A stretch of DNA of 64,000 nt from a virus. The position numbers and the translations under genes are program-made. Each line of letters begins with the position of its first letter. Position 1 is the first letter of the stretch. Below, piece by piece: positions 12,001-18,565 of this stretch. The notes under the pieces were generated by a model that saw nothing but the letters and a program-made list of their open reading frames with translations, made no database searches and had not been told where the DNA came from. Location of the stretch: IMG/VR virus record IMGVR_UViG_3300028920_000047, positions 42,582 through 106,581 of that record; one strand, written 5' to 3'.

Positions 12001-12610
12001 AATAATCAATAGTTATAGTATCCTGGGCCACATCCCCAAAAACACTTTCTAATAAAACTGAAACAGATTCTCCCCGGCTATTTAAAGCAGCTGTTCCACA
12101 CCACGACGGGCTGTCGATATCTAACGTAAAATAAATAGAGGTACAAATAGCACCATCAACATAAACATGAATATGACTACCGGTACCACAATTAGCTGTA
12201 GTACCACCTATAATAACAATAGAAACATTTGTATCATGATTATCAAGAGGATATGTTATAGCAACACCAATAGAAGAAGTATCATAATAGTCAACATGAA
12301 TAGTATCATAACCAATCAATATACCATCATAGAATCTGGTAACAATTATGTTACCAATACCAGTTAAAGCGGCAGTACCTGAAAAAGAACTATCAGCCGC
12401 GATACTATTACTTGATTGCAAAATATTATTAGTATAAATATGAACAGAATCACCTATATCATAAACACTATTAGCGGTTCCTTGTATAGTAATTACCCTA
12501 ACATTAGTATCATGATTATCCACAGGTGAGGTTATAGTTACCGTATCCGCGAAAATCTGGTAAATAAAAAAAGCAAAAAACAATAATAATAAAATAACAA
12601 TTTTTTTCAT
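6098..12610 (-). CDS. 2170-aa secreted protein of about 22 tandem Ig-like (~90 aa) repeats
   Basis: Signal peptide MKKIVILLLLFFAFFIYQIFA; repeat consensus ITxPxNNHDTNxxIIxIxGT..GDTVxIYVN..DSGxWSGT..GDSVxVxLxDQFG..YDTITVNY. Confidence 0.85.
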   Translation of the reverse strand: MKKIVILLLLFFAFFIYQIFADTVTITSPVDNHDTNVRVITIQGTANSVYDIGDSVHIYTNNILQSSNSIAADSSFSGTAALTGIGNIIVTRFYDGILIGYDTIHVDYYDTSSIGVAITYPLDNHDTNVSIVIIGGTTANCGTGSHIHVYVDGAICTSIYFTLDIDSPSWCGTAALNSRGESVSVLLESVFGDVAQDTITIDYWGNPGINITLPANNSDTDIQIFTIYGTTNDAQAGDTIQIYTDVGLNTTIVIVDDTGNWSGTACVSNYGESVIVIFNGYSGTARDTITVNYFSTPTITINYPGNNHDTNTGIINIGGSVTHAITNDTVVIYTNATYCTTVIVSGYNGSWAGTVSVSNLNDSVWVVLHDQFGRTATDTNVVNYYNTPSIGISYPTNNHDTNINIVNIGGTTAEVGLGSYVYIYNSAGDSTDIFTITADSQNWSGTVSLFSQVGDSVMVILIDQFGVKVYDTITIKYWGIANVQINEPSNNHDTIVNIITINGTTYGSKTGDTVVIYTNTTVNTTVVLASDSGNFSGTAYISNLGDSVWVIMYNQFNARAYDTIVLNFIDTPLAGIIVPEHNSDTNLKTNLITGTTVGTSSGDTVVIYVNNVLNSIAVISGYDNNFSGTAYITNRYDSITVEVHDQFGRNGYDTINVSYVEVQITSPSDGTDTNTKIANVSGTTYNTYAGDTVYIYCDTQFNCLFVLLSDSGNFSGTVSLQHGNSRVWVKILTDSGNIQYDTISVGYFAQPQISFSMIDEYDTNTKSPTFIGTTYNTSIGDTIKIYVGSSYQTQTNLTADSGSWGCTVALSNMSDSVWVKLETRFDSILYDTISVFLHWAGITNITNNTDTNSDSISNVNIDWVGNSSNDTIYLYVNSSLCTSFVTTNETGTFNGTATLTGQADKLWLKMEPYIGVDTNHGGDSVAYDTITINYFANPVLTITYPADNHDTYISIINIGGTSYDVQVNDTVEIFVNNVLNTTVIITSLNGNFFGTAAFSDYGSNLVVKLHDQFGRNTYDTIVIDYFKTPDIAITSPANNHDTYLSTITISGTTVECHGGDTVEITNMYTRSTVYLLTGDSGTWSGTVAISGYNDSIVAILHDTYNRTAYDTISINYFGTPNIGINLSNPTDTNIQKNVISGTSYNTRDSDLVRIYVNTILQATARIVGDSGNWVDTPIIFVGIGDSLVVKLEDSFGRVYYETRTINYYSIPTIQITVPADNHDTNNSFFIIGGIASPTKAGDTVEIYTNTNLNTTVVIVSDNANWSGTAGVSSKGDSLWVVLHDSFGNILYDTITVNKYQTNPGVGIDTPATAYDTCVKVITIYGTSKSSKVGDRVRLYVNGILNSSYTLTADTGSWSGTVSLTNIGDSILARLTNFDSDVYDTITINYIGAPSVVITNFPNNHDTNIQIINVICTTKNTMLGDTIYIYVDNVLNTYAAITYYNQSFSGTAALSETSNNVSVKLVTALTGSVIYDTITVDYYGTILARISYPSNNTDTKISINTIHGTTVNSRNGDTIVLRVNGLTNSITHILTDSGTWSGTVVVGGSDSISVTLEDQFGRTVGNTVTISYYATPTISIGIPGNVNTDTNISMNWINGTTEWSQLGDTISIYVNNILNTTVYVVSDSMSWSGTVVVVSKGDSVTVKLESVLYKTSYYDTITISYYPVFTMAIMSPDTGHDTNISVITISGTTENSKVGDTVQIFDYTGTMNTNIILTSDSGSFSGTCYIAGTPYPIVVAKLANSFNNNLYNDTIQLHYLSETLSLEITYPVDNHDTNTNIIIIGGTTCQTVANVDTVYIYVNNVLNSKYTISADSDNWNGTVYVSSYGDSVSTKLVNQFGQVVQDTITVNCFANNPEIVITSMIDNNDTNVDSGTIFGTSNYSIAGDTLLIFVNSNINDTIILTENNENWSGTFQLNGIGDSVWVKLYNRYDSKVYDTITFSYVLPPSYISITYPDTNSHDTIVSRIIIMGTTRNTRLGDTVQIYVNSVLSSSTNVVSDSGSWIGYANLEGKGDSVIVKLIDQFGQVAYDSITVNFSGNPRLTTYPKPYMERIVQNKVLQAYWDGKGNTYPAIVVVDIHAFNDSTIAQLSAVMEDLYDSGLYEVYDSQILSYATNSAGSDSILINVRTTHRIYIAKTAVYTIIIERFGVNGSACSDGRVDEIEKVYYTVP

Positions 12611-12627
12611 CTTATAATATCCTCCTA

Positions 12628-12924
12628 TTAAGATAAAGCATCATACGCATCATACAATATGGTTAATTCGGCGGCTTCTAAAGTCTTACCCAAGATAGTA
12701 ACATGCCCGGAAACAAATCCGGTTTCACTATCTAATAAATAACCAATAGTGACACAATCAACATCACCGGTTCCACCACTATCAATAATATCCTGCATTT
12801 TACATAATTTTAAAACCGAAGTATAACCATTATCATCCAACACTCTATATTCAGCATCATATCCTTTGTCGAAAAATTTTAACAACTCAAAATTTTGAGG
12901 TACTGTAATAGGATTTGCAGCCAT
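12628..12924 (-). CDS. Hypothetical acidic protein
   Basis: ORF packed between TerL fragment and Ig protein, GGAGG RBS. Confidence 0.65.
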   Translation of the reverse strand: MAANPITVPQNFELLKFFDKGYDAEYRVLDDNGYTSVLKLCKMQDIIDSGGTGDVDCVTIGYLLDSETGFVSGHVTILGKTLEAAELTILYDAYDALS

Positions 12925-12927
12925 TTT

Positions 12928-13230
12928 TTAATTTGCCTCCTCAATTTTTTCTAATAAATATTCTCTTTCTAAATCTATATCTAACAATTTTCTTACACAC
13001 TGTCTTCCGGTTTCCTGGTTTTCAATTAAAAATCGCTGGTCACCGGAAGCCTTAAAAGTTTTATTATTTTCTAATCTAACCTCGAACATTTCTTTTCTAC
13101 CAGTTTTTACGACTTCAGATAAAACTATATCTTCATCTTTGTTATAAATAGAAATATAACAACCAATCTTATCCCCAATTCTAAACTCCTCATTATTAGT
13201 ATCTTTAAAAACAGTATCTGCAGTCCAACA
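12928..13230 (-). mobile_element. Split intein N-fragment (IntN, 100 aa)
   Basis: Starts at Cys207 (CWTADTVF, block A); VVKTGRKEMFEVRLENNKTFKASGDQRFLI matches blocks N2/B; ORF stops with no C-terminal HN. Confidence 0.8.
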
Positions 13231-13848
13231 CCCAGCAATAACATCGTCGCCCTGCTGGCCTAATCCCTTCATAAAAGAAGAACCAACTCCAAAAGTAGTA
13301 TAAGGCATTTCTAACCACTCATCTTTTGTACCACGTATTCTTCCTATTTCTCGAAACCAGGGAGATTTTAACATAATTTCATTTAATTTTCCCCAATGAC
13401 CAGATTCTGATAAATTCTTTTTAATACTAAATAAAAACAGTAACAACTTTTTACCTTCTATAAAATCAAAATAGTCATGTGGATTTTTTAAACAGTGAAT
13501 ATAATAGTCGATATAAAGTAAACATAAATCAGCAAGATTTGATTTACCAATACCGATTGGTCCGGAAAGAATTATTTCGCATTTTTTAGGAGAGGAAAAA
13601 ATTTCCTGGAAAGCATCAAGCCAATAACTATATATTTTACCAGCTGCACCGCGTTCACGACTATATGTACTTCTACCTATATAATCTTTATGTTTAACAA
13701 AAGTAAGCACATCTACAGGAATTTCCCAAAAGTCCAAAGCATAAAGATTTTTATAAAGAGTTTTGTCACCGTTAAGAATTTGTTTTAAAGCTTGACTTTC
13801 GTCAACGCTCAAATCTATATTTTTTAACATTTTATAGAACTTATCCAC
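12928..13848 (-). CDS. Terminase large subunit N-terminal fragment fused to split-intein N-part
   Basis: WEIPVDVLTF..YIG, IYSYW, Walker A EIILSGPIGIGKS, NPHDYF, KSPWF as in large-phage TerL; ATPase breaks off before the Walker B acidic pair at VIAG|CWTADT. Confidence 0.8.
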   Translation of the reverse strand: MDKFYKMLKNIDLSVDESQALKQILNGDKTLYKNLYALDFWEIPVDVLTFVKHKDYIGRSTYSRERGAAGKIYSYWLDAFQEIFSSPKKCEIILSGPIGIGKSNLADLCLLYIDYYIHCLKNPHDYFDFIEGKKLLLFLFSIKKNLSESGHWGKLNEIMLKSPWFREIGRIRGTKDEWLEMPYTTFGVGSSFMKGLGQQGDDVIAGCWTADTVFKDTNNEEFRIGDKIGCYISIYNKDEDIVLSEVVKTGRKEMFEVRLENNKTFKASGDQRFLIENQETGRQCVRKLLDIDLEREYLLEKIEEAN

Positions 13849-14054
13849 CTTGCAAAAATTTTATTATATTATTAATATAAAAATTTATAATAAAGTTATC
13901 GGTTGTTTTGTATAATGGCTAAAATAAACTTTTAAAAATTTATATCCAAAACAATAAAAAATCTGGGTACTGGTCTGTTCGTCGCGATGGTTGTATTTTT
14001 ATCCCGTCTCTCTTTCTAAAACACTTATATATATATATAAAATAGTTTTAAAAA

Positions 14055-14080
14055 GGTATATCTACTTTAGTAGATATACC
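14055..14080. promoter_or_regulatory. Perfect 12-bp inverted repeat in the divergent intergenic region
   Basis: GGTATATCTACT-TT-AGTAGATATACC within the 13849-14266 non-coding strand switch. Confidence 0.55.
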
Positions 14081-14266
14081 GTCTGAAACTGTTTCAAACA
14101 TATTTTTACATTTATGTTTTTGTAAAAAATAAAAGACTGGGAATCAAAAAACCTAACCCTCACAAATAAGTTAAAAGGAAATTTTTTGTCCAGTACTGAA
14201 AGTTTTTATAGTAAAAAAATATAAGATATTCAATGAAATTCCTCCCAGAAAAAAGTAATATAAGGC

Positions 14267-14821
14267 ATGAAATATCAAAATATAAAGTTAAATATAGTTT
14301 TAGATAAAGAAGTTATTGATATTGATATTACAGCTGAACTATCTATCAATAAAAACGTTTATCTGGAATATTTTAAACAACCTGCAAAAGCAGCCTTTTT
14401 TGCTGCATTGTGGGCAAGAGTTAAAAATAAAGAAGATAAAGCAAAAAAAATATATGAAGATTATAAGGATGCAATAGAGGTTTATAAAAGTAAAAGAGCT
14501 CAAATATTAAGAACTCAGTTTAGTGATTTAGCTGTTACAATTTTAAAAGATTTTATAAAAGAAAAAGTTAATATTGATAAAAGAAAAATTTCTATGCAAA
14601 AAAAGGTTAATAAATTATATGATGACTATTTATACTGGAAAAAATATGCAGATATGTTAGAAGGTATTAAATTTGCTTTTAACCAACGAAAAGATATGTT
14701 AATACAAATCGGTACAGATAGTCGATACCAGGATAATCAATATAAAGGTGTGCCGACCGCTGGTATTGAAGAAAACATATCTGAACTTGATAGATTTAGA
14801 AATAAAAATAATAGGGAGTGA
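14267..14821 (+). CDS. UvsY-like recombination mediator (putative)
   Basis: Helical protein with EYFKQP..F..LW and LEGIKFAFNQRKDMLIQIG..R pattern; sits next to SSB and UvsX genes. Confidence 0.6.
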   Translation: MKYQNIKLNIVLDKEVIDIDITAELSINKNVYLEYFKQPAKAAFFAALWARVKNKEDKAKKIYEDYKDAIEVYKSKRAQILRTQFSDLAVTILKDFIKEKVNIDKRKISMQKKVNKLYDDYLYWKKYADMLEGIKFAFNQRKDMLIQIGTDSRYQDNQYKGVPTAGIEENISELDRFRNKNNRE

Positions 14822-14825
14822 AAAT

Positions 14826-15005
14826 ATGGCTATTTTTACCCATAAAAAAAAGACAGAATTATATATGACGGATGAAAAAGGTAAAATTACCAGGAAAAAA
14901 ATAGTGCCGGAATTTGTTAATGATGCAACCTGGCATCATTGTGCTAAATTTAATGTTTATTATATTTTCGGCATTCCTGTATTTAAAATACAGAAATATT
15001 CTTAA
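14826..15005 (+). CDS. Small hypothetical protein
   Basis: GGGAG RBS then ATG at 14826 (MAIFTHKKK...). Confidence 0.55.
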   Translation: MAIFTHKKKTELYMTDEKGKITRKKIVPEFVNDATWHHCAKFNVYYIFGIPVFKIQKYS

Positions 15006-15024
15006 AAAAGGAGGAAGGTGTTTT

Positions 15025-16707
15025 ATGGCAATTGATGTTACAGGTATGCAAAAAAGAGCAAAAAGTCGAGGGGGGAAACGTAGCCGTGGTGGCGGCAAAG
15101 GTAATCGTAAACAGCGGGCAAAAAAGGAATTTGTGCTTCAGGAAGGAACTAACGATATTCGAATAGTTCCGTATATTATGGATTATTTTAAAAAGGATTT
15201 AAAAGATTTTTCCTATACTTATTGGGTTCATTGGGGTGTTATTGCCGGAGAGCCTATACTATGTCCGAGAAATGTAGGTAAACCTTGTCCAGTTTGTGAA
15301 CTGGTTAGAGAACTTTGGGATAGTGATGATGCAAATGATAGAGAGCTTGTCAGAAAACGATTAAAAGGTCAAAAGGAACATCTTTTTGGAATTATGAGTC
15401 GGGATAATCCCAAGGGTATTCAACCAATGTTTACCGGTCCAGATATTCATAATCAAATTGAAGAATTACTTTTTACTCCAAAGTGGACTCGTAAAGGTGA
15501 TTTTTTTGATTTCAAAAATGGACGTGACTTATCCATTACAAAAAAAATTGATGGGCCAAGTCCTCGGGATACAAGTTATAATGTAATACCCGATGCTGTT
15601 AGAAATTGTACTAAAGATTTACCAAAGGACTGGAAAAAGGAAATTGAGAATCTTGCTAAGGCGCTACCAAAACTTTATAGCTATGATGAATTACAGGAAA
15701 TGTTAAATAATCGTGGTCAAAATAAAAGCGAAGCCACATTACCGGAAGATATGTACGATACTACTTCAGTTGCTACAAGTAATTCAACTAATGACGATGA
15801 TGGTGATGATGGAACGGAATTTAATAAAAATGATAAAGTTGTTTATGACGGTGATAAAGCTATTGTACTTGAAGCAAGTGAAGATTACATTAAAATTGAA
15901 ATGATTGATACCGGTGAACAATTTGAGTTTGAGCCTGATGAATTTAATTTATTAGAACTTGTTGAATCTGATGAAGAAGAGGAAGATTATGAAGAAGACG
16001 ATGAGGAAGAAGAAGAAGATTATGAGGAAGAAGATGAAGAAGAAGAAGAAGAAGAAGATGAGGAAGAAGATGAAGACGATGAGGAAGAAGAAGAAGACGA
16101 TGAGGAAGAAGAAGAAGACGATGAGGAAGACGATGAGGAAGATGAGGAAGATGAGGAAGATGAAGACGATGAGGAAGATGAAATCCCATCCGGCATGATT
16201 GTGTGCCCCGCTTGTGAAGGTTCGGGAACAAGCTCGCGTGGAAAAACTTGCCGACCATGTAAAGGCTCAGGATACATTCCTGCACCTGAAGAAGAACCAG
16301 GTAATAATGAAACAAAATGTCCCTTTGCTAAAGGTGATGAGGTTATTTACGACGGTGATAAAGGCACTGTTCAATCTGTTAATAATGATGGCGTAATTAC
16401 GGTTATGTTATACGATAGTGGTGATGTGTTTGAATTTGAACCGGATGAATATAGTGAGTTAAAACCGGCACCAAAATTGAAAGAAAAATCGAAAAAGAAA
16501 AAGAATATAAAAAAACCCGCAAAAAAAAATCCGGTAAAAGCCTCACCAGTAAAAAAGAAGCAAAAAAGTAATAAGAAAAAAGGTAAAAAAACCCCAAAAC
16601 CTGGCGGCAGAAAACCAAAATGTTTTTCAAATTATCAAGGTAGAACTAAAAAGTGTAGGGAATGTCCTCACAAAAGGTCATGTCAAGAAAAATTTTTAGA
16701 GAAGTAA
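15025..16707 (+). CDS. gp32-like single-stranded DNA-binding protein with long modular C-terminal extension
   Basis: Start MAIDV after AGGAGG; GTNDIRIVP, VHW..LCP..KPCPVCE, FFDFKNGRDLSI..TSYNV. Confidence 0.75.
   Translation: MAIDVTGMQKRAKSRGGKRSRGGGKGNRKQRAKKEFVLQEGTNDIRIVPYIMDYFKKDLKDFSYTYWVHWGVIAGEPILCPRNVGKPCPVCELVRELWDSDDANDRELVRKRLKGQKEHLFGIMSRDNPKGIQPMFTGPDIHNQIEELLFTPKWTRKGDFFDFKNGRDLSITKKIDGPSPRDTSYNVIPDAVRNCTKDLPKDWKKEIENLAKALPKLYSYDELQEMLNNRGQNKSEATLPEDMYDTTSVATSNSTNDDDGDDGTEFNKNDKVVYDGDKAIVLEASEDYIKIEMIDTGEQFEFEPDEFNLLELVESDEEEEDYEEDDEEEEEDYEEEDEEEEEEEDEEEDEDDEEEEEDDEEEEEDDEEDDEEDEEDEEDEDDEEDEIPSGMIVCPACEGSGTSSRGKTCRPCKGSGYIPAPEEEPGNNETKCPFAKGDEVIYDGDKGTVQSVNNDGVITVMLYDSGDVFEFEPDEYSELKPAPKLKEKSKKKKNIKKPAKKNPVKASPVKKKQKSNKKKGKKTPKPGGRKPKCFSNYQGRTKKCRECPHKRSCQEKFLEK
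15962..16182 (+). repeat. GAA/GAG/GAT/GAC low-complexity tract encoding about 70 D/E residues
   Basis: Direct reading; in frame within the SSB gene. Confidence 0.9.
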
Positions 16708-16713
16708 AAGGTT

Positions 16714-16750
16714 TAAATATGGGTGTGATTTAAAACCACACCCATATTTA
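16714..16750 (+). terminator. Hairpin, probable intrinsic terminator after SSB
   Basis: TAAATATGGGTGTG-N9-CACACCCATATTTA. Confidence 0.65.
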
Positions 16751-16762
16751 TATAATGTTATT

Positions 16763-17770
16763 ATGACAAATAAAAAACTATTAAAACAAATTCAAAAAAA
16801 ATATACCAATTATAAATTAACTCAAACTTTTAATGAATGGTTAAATTTTCCAAATTATGCTTTAAACTATATATGTTCGGGAGATTTCTTTAAAGGTATA
16901 CCAAAAGGCATAATAATTGAATTATATGGAGAACCCTCAACTGGAAAAAGTTATTTATTAAATACTATATTAGGAATGATACAACAAGCCGGTGGTTATT
17001 CTGAATTAGATGATGTTGAAAAAAGATATAAAAAGGAATTTGGTGCTATTGCCGGTATAGATAATAACGAGTTAATTTATTTGAGAAGTAAAACTATAAA
17101 AGAACATTTTGATACGACTAAAGATACAGTACGAGATATTAGAAAAATTGATAAAACTTCATGGATAGGAATAGCTTTAGACAGTTTAGCAATGTTAGTA
17201 GATGCTCATGAAGAGGCAACAAGATTTGATAAGGAAGATATGGGTAAAAAGGCTAAAAATATAAAAAAAGGTATAAGATTAAATTTTGTTGGTGAATTTG
17301 CCGATTTAGGAGTAGTATATATAATTACTAATCACGTCTATTCCTCAATGAGTATGTTTGGACCAGCCAAAAACACCAGCGGTGGCCGGGGTGTTCCTTT
17401 TGAAGCTACTATTAGATTAGAAACAAATATAAAAAAACATATAAGAGATGAAAGAGGAAATACTAAAGGCGTAATATTTGAATTAGTAGCTACTAAAAAT
17501 TCACTAACCGCACCTTTTAAAAAATGTGTAATAGAAGTAGATTACAATAGAGGAATAAAAAAGTATTCTGGTCTGGCAGATATATTATACAGGTTACATA
17601 CTTTAGATAAAAGTAGAAAAAAGTTTAACAAAGCTGATAAAAAAGCAGGTAAATATACTGGTCTATATTTTTATAAAGATAAAAAATTTAGTGATGATAA
17701 AATTAAATATATGATAAAAAAATATCCACAGCTAATGGTAATACCCAAACCAAAAAGGAGAGAAAAATGA
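16763..17770 (+). CDS. uvsX: RecA/UvsX-like recombinase
   Basis: GIPKGIIIELYGEPSTGKS, IALDSL, IITNHVY, SGGRGVPFEATIR, KN..APFK. Confidence 0.9.
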   Translation: MTNKKLLKQIQKKYTNYKLTQTFNEWLNFPNYALNYICSGDFFKGIPKGIIIELYGEPSTGKSYLLNTILGMIQQAGGYSELDDVEKRYKKEFGAIAGIDNNELIYLRSKTIKEHFDTTKDTVRDIRKIDKTSWIGIALDSLAMLVDAHEEATRFDKEDMGKKAKNIKKGIRLNFVGEFADLGVVYIITNHVYSSMSMFGPAKNTSGGRGVPFEATIRLETNIKKHIRDERGNTKGVIFELVATKNSLTAPFKKCVIEVDYNRGIKKYSGLADILYRLHTLDKSRKKFNKADKKAGKYTGLYFYKDKKFSDDKIKYMIKKYPQLMVIPKPKRREK

Positions 17771-18210
17771 TAAATATTGAACAAATTGTAAATTCTGTCG
17801 AAATATCAATTAACTCAATGATATATGTATATTTAAAAAATGAGGATAAAAAATTAGGAGAAGAAATGGATATATCTAAATATCCACTATCAGAGGAAAT
17901 TAAAACTTCTTTAAGAATAGAGATTAAAGATAAAATAATGAAACAACTTCTAATTCCATACTTTCAACCAGTGATTAATGATGACCAATTTTTTGCAATA
18001 GGACAAGCAACAAGGTCAGCGCTGCTTCATAATAATCTTAAATCTATGGACTACGATATAAACAAATTGATGGAGTTTCTTAGTGATAAACCTAAACATT
18101 ATTTTTGTTACGAAACTACAGAAAATTCTTCAACAAAAAGTTATATAAGTAAGAAAGAGTATAGTAAAAGAATACATAAACTATTTAAATTTATAAAAAA
18201 TGAAGAATGA
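17767..18210 (+). CDS. Hypothetical protein
   Basis: ATGA-coupled ORF in operon. Confidence 0.6.
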   Translation: MINIEQIVNSVEISINSMIYVYLKNEDKKLGEEMDISKYPLSEEIKTSLRIEIKDKIMKQLLIPYFQPVINDDQFFAIGQATRSALLHNNLKSMDYDINKLMEFLSDKPKHYFCYETTENSSTKSYISKKEYSKRIHKLFKFIKNEE

Positions 18211-18508
18211 TATACCAGATAGATATTGTGCTAATTGTGGAACAAAGCTAAAGTCCAGGCAACCAACGGCTAAATATTGTAATAAAAGCGAATGTCAACT
18301 CGCCAGAAAAAGAGATAACAGAATAGCAAAGGCTATTGAAAAAGCAAAAAAAGTAGCTAAAATAAATTTGTTAATTTGTCGTAAATTAAATATGCCTGTT
18401 GAAAATAGAATACCAATGTGTAATGGTTGTAAATTTTATAAACAATGTGAAAAATTTTTATATAAAAAAGTTGAACTATTAAGAGATGGTAGAGAATATG
18501 AACAATGA
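18200..18508 (+). CDS. Cys-rich zinc-finger protein
   Basis: CANC..AKYCNKSEC and C..CNGC..C. Confidence 0.6.
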   Translation: MKNDIPDRYCANCGTKLKSRQPTAKYCNKSECQLARKRDNRIAKAIEKAKKVAKINLLICRKLNMPVENRIPMCNGCKFYKQCEKFLYKKVELLRDGREYEQ

Positions 18509-18565
18509 AAAAGAGATGAAGTGGTTACAAAGAAAAGAAATTAAAAAGGATATAGAAATTATAAA

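Noticed and set aside
12628-12924. 98-aa ORF after the TerL fragment as the intein C-fragment
   Set aside because: No HN/HQ followed by C/S/T and no terminase sequence follows
15944-16315. Poly-Ser, His/Leu-rich and Lys/Met-rich ORFs over the acidic tract
   Set aside because: Shadow frames of the GAR/GAY low-complexity region of the SSB gene
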